A stretch of 64,000 nucleotides of DNA from an uncultured Thermotogae bacterium (GCA_964570515.1 CAZMYM010000006.1:15613-79612), one strand, 5' to 3'. Positions 1-11,149 are shown, counted from the stretch's first letter. The notes: a model not told the origin generated them from the sequence alone. Numbers and translations: made by a program.

Positions 1-1714
1 CCTGTCCCAATAGACCGTACAGGTATCCCAAGGCCATTCGATACGGTTTTCTGATGGCCGCGTCGCCTCCGGGCATGGGAACAGGTTCGAAGTGCCCCAC
101 CCGCTCGAAGCTCGCGTAGTCCGCAACCAGAAACTCGCCGCCCCAGATTGTGCCATCGGGACCGTATCCGGTTCCGTCGAGCGCGACGCCGATCACGGGC
201 CCGTCGACCTGATGGTCGACCAAGCAACTTGCGATGTGGGCATGATGATGCTGCACCGGGACACCCTGCAGTCCCTCCTTCGCTGCCAAGCCGAGGGCGT
301 ATTGCGTGGAGACGTAGTCGGGATGCATGTCGTAGGCCACGACCTCCGGATCGAGGCGGAAGAGCTGTCTGTACTCCTTGACGGTCTCCTCGAAATGCCG
401 GAGCGTCTCCTCACTTCCCATGTCCCCGATGTGCGGACTGAGAAACGCACGATTCTTGTCCGTCAGGCAGAATGTGCTCTTGAGCTCCGCACCGCATCCG
501 AGCACCGGCGACGCCTCGAACGGAAGAGGAATGGGATCCGGTGCATGGCCCCGCGCGCGGCGGATGATCTGTGGCGTCCGCTCGACGATCGTGCAGACAC
601 TGTCGTCGCAGCGTCGGCGTATGTCGCGATCGTGCAGAACGAAGTGGTCGGCGATCGCGCCCAGTCTTCTCACCGCTTCGTCGTTTTCCCTGACAAGCGG
701 TTCCCCGCTCAGGTTCCCGCTCGTCATCACCAGCGGTCGATCGGCCTCCGCAAGGAGAAGGCAGTGCAACGGAGTGTAGGGCAACATGACCCCGAGGCGG
801 TTTTGATTCGGCGCCACTGCGGAGGAAACGGATGAGGCCTCCCGTCTCCACTTCAACAGGACGATCGGGCACTCCGGGGACTCGAGCAGCCGTCCCTCCG
901 CCGGAGCGAGCATGCAGTGCGCCTCGGCGGCTTGCGCGTCGCGCAGCATGACGGCAAACGGCTTGGAGGGGCGTCCTTTCCGTTCACGCAGCCGCGAGAC
1001 CGCCTCTTCGTTCGTCGCATCACAGACGAGGTGGAACCCGCCCAGCCCCTTGACAGCGAGCACTCTTCCTTCCACGAGAAGCTTCGCCGCTTCATGGACC
1101 GCGTCGTCGACATCCTGTTTGACGCCCCGGCTGTCCGTTATCCACAGACGCGGTCCGCACTGCGCACAGGCGTTCGGCTGGGCGTGGAATCGCCTGTCAA
1201 GAGGGTCGTCGTATTCGCGCTGACACTCCTCGCACATGCGGAACGGGTGCATCGTTGTCCTGGGCCGGTCGTACGGAATGTCCTCGATGATGGTGAATCT
1301 CGGGCCGCAGTTGGTGCAGTTGGTAAACGGGTAGCGGTATCGCCTGTCGGCGGGGTCGAAGATCTCCGTTCGGCAATTCGCGCAGATCGCGATGTCCGGG
1401 GAGATGAGCTGGCTCGTTCCGGCTTCGTGGCGGCTCGGGAGGATGTCGAAGCCGGAATGGCCGACCGGAGGATGAAACGATGCTTCGACGTTCTCGATCC
1501 GCGCCCGAGGCGGCGCCTCGCCCTGAACGCATGCGAGAAAGGAGCGCAAGGCGGCTTCGTCTCCTTCGGCTTCGATCTCGACGCTCCCGGACGTGTTCCG
1601 CACCCAACCCGTGAGCTCATGCCGGCCCGCGAGGCGATACACGAACGGCCGGAAGCCCACGCCCTGCACCACGCCTTGAATTCGAACCCGTGCCAGCGTC
1701 AGACCGCCCATTGA
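1..1714 (-). CDS. hypF: [NiFe]-hydrogenase maturation carbamoyltransferase HypF (partial; 3' end runs off the window start)
   Basis: Own translation of the minus strand from ATG (1714..1712): MGGLTLARVRIQGVVQGVGFRPFVYRLAGRHELTGWVRNTSGSVEIEAEGDE (acylphosphatase domain). Two CxxC..CxxC zinc-finger motifs follow (CANCRTEIFDP.., CEECQREYDDP.., CAQCGPRLW), then a YrdC-like VKGLGGFHLVCDA motif and a Kae1-like region. More than 570 codons read without a stop down to position 1. Absent from the ORF track because it is open at the window edge. Confidence 0.9.
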
Positions 1715-2230
1715 TGCCTTCCTTGGATCTGCCTCAGTGTCTTCACGCAGCCTTCTTCTGTTCCCTTCCGTGCGCTTGCACGGCCTCCCGAAACGACACT
1801 TAGTGAGTAGCGCGCAACGTCGTGATGGCCTGGTACCTTACCAGGTAGACTGCTGACCCTGCCAGGGCGGCGGTCTCGGTCACCAACGGCACCGGGTAGT
1901 TGGCGCGCATCGGCGGCAATCGGTGGGACATGGAATCCAGATCGCTGAATGGCCTCTCAAGAGAACGTAAGGCGATGAACCGGCCGCGACGTGGGTCGTG
2001 CAGAACTCGAACCCGCGACCGCCGGGTCAAGAGATCGTCGTCCCCCTCGTCTCCCCTCTCGCGGCGGCTCGCAGCCAGCTTGCCGCGGGGTACCAGCTGG
2101 AACCGTACCAAGACCCTGACCGGCTTGCTCGGTCTGTCCGGCGTCCGAGTCAACTCCTGATCCGAGGATCGCCTACCGAGTGTCGCTGGCGCCGACGGGC
2201 CACCGCTCACGGCGAGCCAGGGCCTGCGTT

Positions 2231-2271
2231 GCGAAAGACGAGCCGCCGGACTGGACTGCCGGTCCGGCGGC
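2231..2271 (-). terminator. Putative intrinsic terminator downstream of gdh
   Basis: Perfect 10-bp GC-rich inverted repeat GCCGCCGGAC / GTCCGGCGGC (2242-2271) with a 9-nt loop. On the minus strand it is followed by UCGUCUUUCGC, about 95 nt after the gdh stop. Confidence 0.45.
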
Positions 2272-2364
2272 TTCGTGTTCGGAACACCGTGTGAGGTCGA
2301 GGGCCGAGCTAGCCTACGAAGCCACCTGCGCCGACCAACCGGCGCGGGAGACCTCAAGACACGA

Positions 2365-3621
2365 CTAGACCCACCCGCGAAGTCGCATAGCCTCCGCGAC
2401 GCGCGAGACGGCCACCATGTATGCGGCAGTGCGGTTGTCGACCCTCTGCGCCGTCGCCATCGAATGGGTCTCGTGGAAGGCGGTCCTGATCTTCTCCTTC
2501 AGCCGGCGATGGACTTCCTCGATCTCCCAATAGAAGCCACCGATGTTCTGAACCCATTCGAAGTAGGACACCGTCACGCCTCCGGCGTTGCAGAGGAAGT
2601 CCGGAATAACGTACTTGCCCGCCTTGTAGAGGATTTCGTCAGCCTCCGGCGTCGTGGGACCGTTGGCCGCTTCCGCCACGATCTGCGCCTTGATACATCC
2701 GGCGTTCTCCGCCGTGATGACATTCTCGATGGCAGCGGGGATGAGCACGTCGACGTCGAGCTCGAGAATCTCTTCGTTGGTGATCGGTGTGCCGCCTGCG
2801 AATCCGGCCACAGATCCGGCTTTCTCCTTGTGCTGCCTCGCCGCTTCCGGGTCGATCCCGTTCGCGTCGTGCACGCCCCCGCGCGAATCGGTGACCGCGA
2901 CGACGCGGCTTCCGGCGAGCTCTTCCATCAGCGTTGCGGTGTAATACCCCGCGTTTCCGTAGCCTTGAATAGCGACGGTTGCGCCCTTCAGGTCGACCCC
3001 GAGGACCTTCGCAGCTTCGATGATGCAGTAGACGACCCCTCGTGCCGTGGCGTCCATGCGGCCGAGCGACCCGCCCAACTGGATCGGCTTGCCGGTGATC
3101 ACGCCTGGAGCGTTGTACCCGACGATCTTCGAGTACTCGTCCATCATCCATGCCATGATCTGGGGGTTCGTGTACACGTCGGGCGCGGGGATGTCGGTCT
3201 CGGGGCCAATGAACCTGCCGACGGCTCGGACGTAGCCGCGGGCCACGCGTTCGGTTTCCCCTGGCGACAGCTCCTTCGGGTTACAGATCACGCCGCCTTT
3301 TCCACCCCCGTAGGGGATGCCGGCGATCGCGGTCTTCCAGGTCATCCACGCAGCAAGCGCCTTCACCGTGTCGATGGTTTCATCGGGGTGAAATCGCAGG
3401 CCGCCCTTGGTCGGGCCGAGGGCGTCGTTGTACTGCACGCGGAATCCCTTGAACGTACGGACGGTCCCGTCGTCCATTCGAACGGGGATACTGATCTCCA
3501 ACGTCCGCATCGGCGTACGCAGGAATTCGTGAACCTGAGGATCTAGGTCCAGCGCCTTCGCTGCCTTGTCGAGCTGCCGCTGTGAGATCTCGAACGGATT
3601 CAGTGTCGCCTTGTCGGTCAT
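2365..3621 (-). CDS. gdh: Glutamate dehydrogenase (Glu/Leu/Phe/Val dehydrogenase family, ~418 aa bacterial type)
   Basis: ORF 2365..3627. The translation carries the GDH hallmarks [18 protein letters not shown] and a Rossmann GYGNAGYY motif. The ATG at 3621 is preceded by AGGAGGTGCAG; the track's GTG at 3627 lies inside that SD. Confidence 0.93.
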   Translation of the reverse strand: MTDKATLNPFEISQRQLDKAAKALDLDPQVHEFLRTPMRTLEISIPVRMDDGTVRTFKGFRVQYNDALGPTKGGLRFHPDETIDTVKALAAWMTWKTAIAGIPYGGGKGGVICNPKELSPGETERVARGYVRAVGRFIGPETDIPAPDVYTNPQIMAWMMDEYSKIVGYNAPGVITGKPIQLGGSLGRMDATARGVVYCIIEAAKVLGVDLKGATVAIQGYGNAGYYTATLMEELAGSRVVAVTDSRGGVHDANGIDPEAARQHKEKAGSVAGFAGGTPITNEEILELDVDVLIPAAIENVITAENAGCIKAQIVAEAANGPTTPEADEILYKAGKYVIPDFLCNAGGVTVSYFEWVQNIGGFYWEIEEVHRRLKEKIRTAFHETHSMATAQRVDNRTAAYMVAVSRVAEAMRLRGWV

Positions 3622-4153
3622 CTGCACCTCCTGAACTCCAGAGTGGCGCCAAGCCCCTCTGCTCTCCCGTCAGGTGTCTGGAACCCCTGACGACGCCCGC
3701 GCACTGAGATTGCGACACGTCGCTGAAACGGGAGTCTTCCTTGCCCATGGCGCCGGCTACGGTGCGGCGCCATTTCCATCATCTCGAACCTACCAGTGGG
3801 CCGTGCGAGTTCGAAGCAGTCCACGGCGATTGGGGACTTGCAGTGATGGCACCGGTTATCATCCCAAGAGCACTCGCCGAGCGACGCTTCTCGTTTCGTT
3901 CTTCCCCTCGGCCCAGACGGGCCATACGCCCTCCTGTCTCGCTGCAATGTTATAGCGAGGCGCGTGCGCCCGCCGAGCCGAAACTCTACCGTCTGCGGTG
4001 GCGAATCTCCAGGTTTGTTGCGGGTTTGCGCGCGATTCGACGATGGGATACGATTTTCGCATTGTTCTTGCGGCCAGGACTTGTGATCCCGTCCCGGGAG
4101 CCCGACCGCACGGCGCCGTTCCGTGACGCGAGGTGACGAACGTGAGGAGTTTC

Positions 4154-4468
4154 GTGTGCCTGTCCTGCAGCGCTGTCTCCTGCTCGACGTGCGCTCGGGT
4201 ATCGTGCCCATCGTGCGGGGACGAGATGGAGCCGATCGACGGCTGCTTGTACATCTCGGTGCCTGACAAGCCGGGAGCGCTGGCCGAATTCCTGAAGAGC
4301 TTGGCGGAGAAAGGGATCAACGTGACCGCGCTTCGCGTGATTTCCCGGCGGGCGGAAGAGGCGCAAGTCCTGTTCTCGGTGGATCGGGTCGACGTTGCGC
4401 TTGGGCTCCCCGGCGTGCGGTATGCGGATGACGTGGTCTGCTTCTCCGACGCCGCCCGCATCGAGTGA
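4154..4468 (+). CDS. Small ACT-domain protein with N-terminal 4xCys (CxxC..CxxC..CxxC) zinc-ribbon-like segment
   Basis: ORF 4133..4468. GTG at 4154 is preceded by GAGGAG (4 nt spacer). N-terminus CLSCSAVSCSTCARVSCPSCGDEMEPIDGC. C-terminal ACT-like fold ISVPDKPGALAEFLKSLAEKGINVTALRVISRR..VLFSV. It lies 200 bp upstream of copA on the same strand. Confidence 0.55.
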   Translation: MCLSCSAVSCSTCARVSCPSCGDEMEPIDGCLYISVPDKPGALAEFLKSLAEKGINVTALRVISRRAEEAQVLFSVDRVDVALGLPGVRYADDVVCFSDAARIE

Positions 4469-4667
4469 GAATCTGCGGTTCAGCCCTGGCGTTGGGCGAT
4501 GGCCACGATCTGTTTCTCGCGGAGATCCTTCGCTTCGACAATGCCTTCAGGCGGAATCGCTGCACACGCATTCGCCACATCCTGTCCGCCGCCGGATTAC
4601 AGGTACGATCCATCCTGGCGGGACGCCGGAGGCATAGCGCCGTCGGAATCGGTGCGCGAGGTGATGA

Positions 4668-7199
4668 GTGATGCCCAGGAAGAGTGATGCGGTTCGCCTG
4701 GAACTGGCAATTGATGGGATGCACTGCGCTTCCTGCGCCCAGGCAGTCGAGCAGGCGTTGACGAGGATCGAGGGCGTCCAGTCCGCGAGCGTGAACCTGC
4801 TCTCCGAGCAGGCAAGTGTGGAGATGGAGTCGACTGTGCCGCTCAAGACGCTCGTCGACGCGGTCGAGAAGGCTGGGTACAGCGCCCGACGGCTCATGCC
4901 GGGCGGCTCGTCGGAGGCGCTGTCGCGGCGGCTCCCGATCACAGGGATGTCATGCGCGTCTTGTTCACTTGCGGTTGAGAAGGCACTGCTTTCGGTTCCC
5001 GGAGTGGAATCTGCAAGCGTCGCATTGGCGAGCGAAGAGGCGTTCATCGCGCTCTCCGAGCCCGTAGCGAATGACGTTCTTGCCGCCGCGGTGAGAGGCG
5101 CGGGTTTCGATGTGGCTCGCGATACAGAGCGAGAGGACGTCTTCGAGCGAGACAGGAAGCGAGTGCTTGAAGCCAAGCGGCGGGCACGCATCGCCTGGTT
5201 TCTGGCGATTCCGGTGGTCGGTTGGATGCTTCCCGAGATGGCGTTTGGCGTGATGTGGCCGTCTCCTCTGGTGTTCCATCTCGCCATGGTCGCGCTGGCT
5301 GCGCCTGTGCTCTTCTTGGCGGGACGCGCGACCCTCCGCTCGGGACTACGAGCGGCGATGGGGCTCGCGCCGACGATGGACACGCTGATCGCACTCGGCA
5401 CGCTCGCATCCTTCGTCACCGGGCTCGTCGCGGTGGCAGCCGCAGCGATGGGCGGATCGCCGATCCTCAACTATGCGGGCGTCTCGGCGATGATCATGGC
5501 ATTCCATCTCACCGGGAGACTGATCGAGACCCTGGCCAAGGGACGCGCTTCTCAAGCCATCAAGCGGCTGATGACGCTGGGTGCCAAGACGGCGCGAGTC
5601 TTGCGAGACGAGGTGGAGGTGGAGGTGCCGATCGAGGAACTCCTCATCGGAGATCTGATGATCGTGCGGCCCGGGGAGCGAATACCGACCGACGGGGTTG
5701 TGCTCGCAGGGGAGAGCCACGTCGATGAGTCGATCGTCACCGGAGAGTCGATGCCCGTCTCCCGACGTGAGGGCGATCGCGTTATCGGAGCGACGATCAA
5801 CGGTCTCGGCCTCCTCAGAGTCCGCGCTACCGGCGTCGGAGAAGAGACATTCCTCGCTTCGGTCATCCGCATGGTCGAGGAAGCCCAAGGAACGAAGGTG
5901 CCGATCCAAGCGCTCGCCGACCGGGTCACGGGCGTCTTCGTTCCCGCCGTGCTCGGTCTTGCTCTGCTGACGCTGCTCGTGTGGCTCGTGGCGCCGGGCG
6001 CGCTGGGCCCGATCGTCAAGGGAGCAAGCGGCATCCTGCCTTGGGTCAACGCGAGCCTGTCTCCGATCTCACTGGCGCTGTTTGCGGCGATTGCCGTCCT
6101 GGTGATTGCCTGTCCGTGCGCTCTCGGGCTCGCCACGCCAACGGCGCTGATGGTCGGGACAGGGCTCGGCGCGGAGCATGGCGTTCTCGTCCGTTCGGGC
6201 GAGGCGATCCAGGCCCTGCGGGGCGTGAGGACGATCGTCTTCGACAAGACGGGAACGATCACGGAGGGCAAGCCAGGGGTCACCGACATCGTTCCTGATC
6301 GAGGCGCCGACGAGGAGATCCTCAGGCTCGCAGGTGGCGTGGAAGTCGGCTCCGAGCACCCGATTGGCCGCGCGATCGTCGAGGCGGCTCGCGGCCGAGG
6401 AATCCCTCTTGCGGAGGCGGAAGGCTTCCGGGCGGAGGCGGGGAAGGGCGCCCTCGGGCGGATCGACGGTACCAGCGTGCAAGTCGGAAGTAGAGACTGG
6501 CTCGAAGCGTCCGGCTACTCTCTCGCCGCGGTCGCAGAGCCGATGGCGCGCCTCGAAGGGGAGGCAAAGACCGTCGTCGGCGTGGCGGCGGAAGGACGCG
6601 GACTGATCGGCCTGATCGCGGTGGCCGATCGCGTGAAGGCGGGCGCGCGGGATGCGATCGACGAGCTCCGGCATCTTGGATTGGAGCCGATCCTGCTGAC
6701 CGGCGACAACGAACGTACGGCTCGTGCCGTCGGTCGGGCTGTCGGCATCGATCAAGTGATCGCAGAGGTCCTTCCCGGAGACAAGCTCCGTGCGATCCAG
6801 GCGTTGCAGGATCACGGTGACGTCGTGGCGATGGTCGGCGACGGGGTCAACGATGCCCCCGCGTTGGAGGCGGCGGGAGTCGGAATCGCCATCGGAACGG
6901 GGACTGACATCGCGATGGAGGCGGCGGACATAACGCTTGCGTCGGGCGAGCTCGCTGCCATTGTTCGTGCCGTCCGGCTGTCCCGCGCGACGTTTCGCGT
7001 GATACGCCAGAATCTCTTCTGGGCCTTTTTCTACAACCTCTTCGCCATTCCTCTTGCCATCCTGGGACTGCTGCATCCGCTGATCGCGGAGGCGGCGATG
7101 GCGCTGTCGTCGGTGACCGTCGTCGGCAATGCGAATCGCCTTCGCCGAGCGAAGATCGAGCCGCGTGGAGCGGCAGCCTCCACCGGCCAAGACGCATAG
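4668..7199 (+). CDS. copA: Copper-translocating P1B-type ATPase with two N-terminal HMA domains
   Basis: 843 aa. Two GMxCxxC metal-binding motifs ([17 protein letters not shown]), a CPC transmembrane metal site ([11 protein letters not shown]), the DKTGTIT phosphorylation motif and a GDGVNDAP hinge. Confidence 0.95.
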   Translation: MMPRKSDAVRLELAIDGMHCASCAQAVEQALTRIEGVQSASVNLLSEQASVEMESTVPLKTLVDAVEKAGYSARRLMPGGSSEALSRRLPITGMSCASCSLAVEKALLSVPGVESASVALASEEAFIALSEPVANDVLAAAVRGAGFDVARDTEREDVFERDRKRVLEAKRRARIAWFLAIPVVGWMLPEMAFGVMWPSPLVFHLAMVALAAPVLFLAGRATLRSGLRAAMGLAPTMDTLIALGTLASFVTGLVAVAAAAMGGSPILNYAGVSAMIMAFHLTGRLIETLAKGRASQAIKRLMTLGAKTARVLRDEVEVEVPIEELLIGDLMIVRPGERIPTDGVVLAGESHVDESIVTGESMPVSRREGDRVIGATINGLGLLRVRATGVGEETFLASVIRMVEEAQGTKVPIQALADRVTGVFVPAVLGLALLTLLVWLVAPGALGPIVKGASGILPWVNASLSPISLALFAAIAVLVIACPCALGLATPTALMVGTGLGAEHGVLVRSGEAIQALRGVRTIVFDKTGTITEGKPGVTDIVPDRGADEEILRLAGGVEVGSEHPIGRAIVEAARGRGIPLAEAEGFRAEAGKGALGRIDGTSVQVGSRDWLEASGYSLAAVAEPMARLEGEAKTVVGVAAEGRGLIGLIAVADRVKAGARDAIDELRHLGLEPILLTGDNERTARAVGRAVGIDQVIAEVLPGDKLRAIQALQDHGDVVAMVGDGVNDAPALEAAGVGIAIGTGTDIAMEAADITLASGELAAIVRAVRLSRATFRVIRQNLFWAFFYNLFAIPLAILGLLHPLIAEAAMALSSVTVVGNANRLRRAKIEPRGAAASTGQDA

Positions 7200-7298
7200 C
7201 GACGGCGCGTTGCCTGGCCTGAGGAGCGCGGTATAATGCCGCGTGCCGACGGCGATCAAGTACCGTTGGCATCGATCCTTTCTGGAGGTCGATGCGAC

Positions 7299-8402
7299 AT
7301 GAGGGTGACGCTTACGGCGATCAAGGCGGACGTCGGGAGCATCGGGGGGCACCTGAAACCGAGTTCACAGCTTGTTGCAGCCGTAGAGGAGACCGTTGCG
7401 CAGGGCGGGAAGGGGCTGGTGAGCGACCACTTCATCACGACCACTGGCGATGACGTCGCGATCCTCTGCGCGCACGATCGGGGCGTAGACTGCGAAGCAG
7501 TGCACAAGCTGGCGTGGGACGCATTCCTCGCTGGAACCGAGACCGCGAAGAAGCAGGGCCTCTACGGCGCGGGACAGGATCTCCTGAAGGACGCGTTCTC
7601 CGGGAACGCCAAAGGGCTCGGACCGGCCGTCGCGGAGATGGAGTTCGAAGAGCGCCCGAACGAGCCATTTCTACTGTTTACCGCCGACAAGACCGAACCG
7701 GGCGCCTACAACCTCCCGCTCTACCTGGCATTCGCGGACCCGATGTACAACTCCGGCCTCGCCCTTTCGCCGGCCGTTGGCAAGGGGTTCACGTTCACGA
7801 TCATGGACGTCGACCACACCGAAGGCGATCGCGTCATCGAGCTTGTGACGCCGGAAGAGGCCTACGATCTTGTCGCTCTTCTTCGCGACAACGGGCGCTT
7901 CGTGGTCGAGTCGATCCGCTCGCGTCACGACGGGGACATCGCTGTGGCCAGTTGCACGACCCGACTCAAGAACATCGCAGGGAAATACGTCGGCAAGGAT
8001 GACCCGATCATGTTGGTGCGAACCCAGAAGAGCTTCCCGGCGACCGGTGAGGTGCTGGCGCCGTTCGAGATCTCGCACATGGTCTCCGGGTTCATGCGCG
8101 GAAGCCACATCGGCCCGCTGATGCCCGTCACGGCGAGGAGCGGCGTTTCCTTCTTCGATGGGCCGCCGATCGTCAGTTGCCTGGCGTTTTGCGTGAGAGA
8201 GGGTGTCTTCACCGAGCCGGTAGACGCGTTCGCCCATCCCTACTGGGACTGGGTTCGCGACAAGGCTGCTTCGAAAGCTCACGCGATCCGTGAACAGGGA
8301 TTCTCCGGCCCGGCGATGCTTGGGTATCACGAGTTGGAGTACGGCGGGATCCGGCACAGGATGAAGGACTTGGACGACCGTTTCATCGTTCGGAGTGAAT
8401 AG
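7299..8402 (+). CDS. fbp: Fructose-1,6-bisphosphate aldolase/phosphatase (archaeal-type class V bifunctional FBPase)
   Basis: ORF 7236..8402. ATG at 7299 is preceded by GGAGGT. The N-terminus MRVTLTAIKADVGSIGGH matches the FBP aldolase/phosphatase family signature, and the rest of the ~367-aa body is conserved. Confidence 0.85.
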   Translation: MRVTLTAIKADVGSIGGHLKPSSQLVAAVEETVAQGGKGLVSDHFITTTGDDVAILCAHDRGVDCEAVHKLAWDAFLAGTETAKKQGLYGAGQDLLKDAFSGNAKGLGPAVAEMEFEERPNEPFLLFTADKTEPGAYNLPLYLAFADPMYNSGLALSPAVGKGFTFTIMDVDHTEGDRVIELVTPEEAYDLVALLRDNGRFVVESIRSRHDGDIAVASCTTRLKNIAGKYVGKDDPIMLVRTQKSFPATGEVLAPFEISHMVSGFMRGSHIGPLMPVTARSGVSFFDGPPIVSCLAFCVREGVFTEPVDAFAHPYWDWVRDKAASKAHAIREQGFSGPAMLGYHELEYGGIRHRMKDLDDRFIVRSE

Positions 8403-8404
8403 TC

Positions 8405-8983
8405 ATGGATGATGAGGCACTGACAGACAGGGTTTCGCGGATCCTGTTTACGGCTGACCAGATCGATCGTCGGACGGGCGAACTCGGGACCGCGATCGTC
8501 AAGGACTACACAACGCGTGGCGCGGCAAAGGATGAGAAGGGGCGCCCGCTTCTTCTGGTATGCATCTTGCGCGGAGCACTCATCTTCGCTGCCGATCTCG
8601 CGCGCCGGATGATGATGCAGCTCGAGTACGATCTGATCAGCGTGTCCTCCTACGGGAACGGAACGGCCCCCGGTGCGGTCCGGCTGGCCAAGGATCTCGA
8701 GATGCCGATCATGGGCCGCGACGTTCTGATCGTCGAAGACATCATCGACACCGGGTACACGATCGACTACCTCAAGCGTAGTCTGGCAGCGCGCCGTCCT
8801 GCGTCGATTCGAGTCTGCACGCTGATCGACAAGGTGACCCGTAGGGAGATCCCGATCGACATTGACTACGCCGGATTCGCGCTCGAAGAAGACGCGTTCA
8901 TCGTAGGTTACGGGATGGATTACGCCGAGCTCTATCGGAACCTTCCCTTCATCGGGGTGCTCAAGCCTGAGTTCGTCCGATGA
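8405..8983 (+). CDS. hpt: Hypoxanthine-guanine phosphoribosyltransferase
   Basis: 192 aa. PRPP-binding motif VLIVEDIIDTGYT, type I PRTase fold, and the typical Hpt N-terminus (ILFTADQI..). Confidence 0.9.
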   Translation: MDDEALTDRVSRILFTADQIDRRTGELGTAIVKDYTTRGAAKDEKGRPLLLVCILRGALIFAADLARRMMMQLEYDLISVSSYGNGTAPGAVRLAKDLEMPIMGRDVLIVEDIIDTGYTIDYLKRSLAARRPASIRVCTLIDKVTRREIPIDIDYAGFALEEDAFIVGYGMDYAELYRNLPFIGVLKPEFVR

Positions 8984-9990
8984 GCGAGGACGCGGCTTTC
9001 CTGACCCTCGGCATCGAGACCTCGTGCGATGAAACGGCCGTCGCCGTCCTGCGCGGCGAGACGGACGTCCTCGTCAACCTGATCTACTCGCAGGCCGACC
9101 TGCACGCGCGCTACGGCGGCGTAGTCCCCGAGGTTGCCTCGCGCAATCACCTCGGGAAGCTGCCGTATCTCGTTCGGCAGGCGCTCGCAGAAGCGCGAGT
9201 CGGAATCTCCGACCTGTCCTTGATCGCGGCGACGTACGGACCGGGCCTCGTCGGGCCGCTCCTTGTCGGACTGTCCCATGGGAAGGGGCTCGCCTACGGG
9301 CTCGACATTCCGTTCATCGGGGTGAATCATCTCGAAGGGCACATCTTCGCCGATCGTCTGGCGGAGAAAGCGAGCGAGCCGCCGTTCATGGCGCTCGTCG
9401 TCTCCGGAGGGCACACGAGTCTGATCGAAGTCGAAGCGCTCGGTCGATACCGGACCGTAGGATCGACGGTCGACGACGCGGCGGGCGAGGCACTGGACAA
9501 GATTGGGAAGATGATCGGGATCGGATACCCGGCCGGCGCCGAGATCGATCGACTCGCTCGCGAGGGCGATCCCGCAGCCATCGCGTTTCCCCGACCGATG
9601 GCGACGTCCGCCGGATTTGACTTCAGCTTCGCCGGCCTGAAAACGGCCGTGCTTTACCACCTGAGGAAGAACCCGCGTGAACGGCAAGAGGATGTCGCGG
9701 CCTCGGTCCTCGCCAGCGTCGTGGAGACACTCACGAAGAAGTCGATCGAGGCGACGAGGCGATACCATCGCAGTCGACTCGTCGTCGTCGGCGGGGTCGC
9801 TGCGAACATGCACTTGCGGGAGAGTCTCGAGAAACATGGGGAAGAGCGCGGCATCGCGGTCTCGTTCCCGCCGCCGGCGTATTGCACCGACAACGCGGCG
9901 ATGATCGCTGCCGCGGGCGCGTACCGAAACCTGCGCTTCGGTGAGCATCACGAACCGTCCCTCGCGCCGGAACCGTCTTTGTCGCTCTGA
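8980..9990 (+). CDS. tsaD: tRNA N6-adenosine threonylcarbamoyltransferase TsaD (Kae1/Gcp family)
   Basis: 336 aa. LGIETSCDETAVAV N-terminus, HxxGH metal motif (VNHLEGH), and the Kae1 fold throughout. The start overlaps the hpt stop (ATGA). Confidence 0.93.
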   Translation: MSEDAAFLTLGIETSCDETAVAVLRGETDVLVNLIYSQADLHARYGGVVPEVASRNHLGKLPYLVRQALAEARVGISDLSLIAATYGPGLVGPLLVGLSHGKGLAYGLDIPFIGVNHLEGHIFADRLAEKASEPPFMALVVSGGHTSLIEVEALGRYRTVGSTVDDAAGEALDKIGKMIGIGYPAGAEIDRLAREGDPAAIAFPRPMATSAGFDFSFAGLKTAVLYHLRKNPRERQEDVAASVLASVVETLTKKSIEATRRYHRSRLVVVGGVAANMHLRESLEKHGEERGIAVSFPPPAYCTDNAAMIAAAGAYRNLRFGEHHEPSLAPEPSLSL

Positions 9991-10046
9991 GCCGCCTAGG
10001 GTCTGCGGCAGAGAGATGATGCGGCGATTCTCAGAACGTTTTGCCG

Positions 10047-10937
10047 CTAGCTCGCGGTGGACTCGTCGGTCGCTTCAGGTTCTTGCGCTTCGAGGACGCG
10101 CTGCATCGACGCGAGGGCGACTTCGAGCATGTCGTCGGTCGGCTCGGCGGTCGTCAATCGCTGAAGCCAGAGTCCCGGTTGGGCAAGAGCGCGGACCCAT
10201 CGGCGGTCGAAGGATCGCCCGCTGAAGCGAAGTGCCTCGTACGAGATGCCAGCGACGATGGGCAGGAGCAGAAGGCGCGACAGCGTTTTCAGCCACAGCG
10301 CGGGGTTGCCGACGAGCGAGAAGACGAGAATCGCAATCACGAACACGACCATCAGGAACGCCGTGCCGCATCGTGGATGGAGCCTCGTGTGCCGTCGCGC
10401 GTTTCCGACGGTCAGCTCCTCGCCTGCCTCGTACGTGTAAACGACTTTGTGTTCCGCACCGTGGTACTGAAAGACGCGGTGGATGTCTTTGAATCGCGAG
10501 ATGATCACCAGATAAAGGAAGAAGATCGTGAGGCGAATCATCCCTTCCACGAGGTTGAACAGGATGGTGTTTCCGAGGCGCAGCGAAGGGATCGCGTGGG
10601 TGGCGTAGAGCGGCAGCACGAAGAAAATGGCGACTGCGAAGACGATGGCGAACGCGAACGTGAAGAACGTGCCCTTCTTGCTGAGCTGCTCCTCCTCTGG
10701 AAACGCGAGTTGCGTCGAGAGGTTGAGGGCACGTATTCCAAGCGAGAGCATGTCGTACAGACGAAATGTACCTCGCAAGAACGGGATCTTCCCCAGGTGC
10801 TTGAAGCGCATCCTCGCGGGGATCGACCGGACGAGAACCTCACCGTCAGAGTGACGACGAACGGCGAGCGCGATCCGCTCGCCGTTCTGCATCATCACGC
10901 CTTCGATGACCGCTTGCCCGCCGATCGGCGGCTTCAC
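10047..10937 (-). CDS. DUF1385 (YqhQ-like) membrane protein
   Basis: ORF 10047..11036. Family signature GGQAVIEGVMM near the N-terminus and multiple TM helices. The true start is likely GTG about 10937, just after rpmE. The start codon is uncertain. Confidence 0.75.
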   Translation of the reverse strand: MKPPIGGQAVIEGVMMQNGERIALAVRRHSDGEVLVRSIPARMRFKHLGKIPFLRGTFRLYDMLSLGIRALNLSTQLAFPEEEQLSKKGTFFTFAFAIVFAVAIFFVLPLYATHAIPSLRLGNTILFNLVEGMIRLTIFFLYLVIISRFKDIHRVFQYHGAEHKVVYTYEAGEELTVGNARRHTRLHPRCGTAFLMVVFVIAILVFSLVGNPALWLKTLSRLLLLPIVAGISYEALRFSGRSFDRRWVRALAQPGLWLQRLTTAEPTDDMLEVALASMQRVLEAQEPEATDESTAS

Positions 10938-11149
10938 TTGCCGTCCTCGTCCACCTTGGCGTATCTTCTGTTGAATCGCTCGACGCGGCCCTCGGTATCG
11001 ACGAACCGCTCCTCGCCTGTGAAGAAGGGATGGCACTTCGAGCAGATGTCGACGTGCAGCTCCTCCACGGTCGCGAGCGTCTCGAATTCCGCGCCGCAGC
11101 CACAGCGGACCGTCGTTCTCTTCACTTCTGGATGGATTCCCTGTTTCAC
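10934..11149 (-). CDS. rpmE: 50S ribosomal protein L31
   Basis: 71 aa MKQGIHPEVKRTTVRCGCGAEFETLATVEELHVDICSKCHPFFTG: the L31 zinc-ribbon signature. Confidence 0.9.
   Translation of the reverse strand: MKQGIHPEVKRTTVRCGCGAEFETLATVEELHVDICSKCHPFFTGEERFVDTEGRVERFNRRYAKVDEDGK

Noticed and set aside
92-1714. Track ORFs 92..835(+), 917..1714(+), 411..872(-), 1138..1620(-) etc.
   Set aside because: They overlap the hypF coding frame, which has clear acylphosphatase, Zn-finger, YrdC and Kae1 motifs. Their translations are Arg/Ala/Pro-rich with no motifs, typical antisense or off-frame ORFs in high-GC DNA.
1795-2230. tRNA / tmRNA / RNase P RNA in the hypF-gdh spacer (prompted by a GGGTTCGAGTTC T-loop-like motif on the minus strand)
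   Set aside because: The flanking sequence does not form a T-stem, no acceptor/CCA context and no ..ALAA* tag frame were found, and the RNase P P4 hallmark GGAAAGTCCGG is absent on both strands. Left as an unclassified structured spacer.
2275-3546. 423-aa plus-strand ORF antisense to gdh
   Set aside because: gdh on the minus strand has unmistakable GDH motifs. The plus ORF is low-complexity Arg/Asp/Gly-rich.
4547-7352. Long minus-strand ORFs (4547..5470, 5552..6289, 6069..7352) and plus ORFs in other frames inside copA
   Set aside because: Antisense or alternate-frame to a P-type ATPase with all catalytic motifs in place. The compositions are Arg/Ser/Pro-rich.
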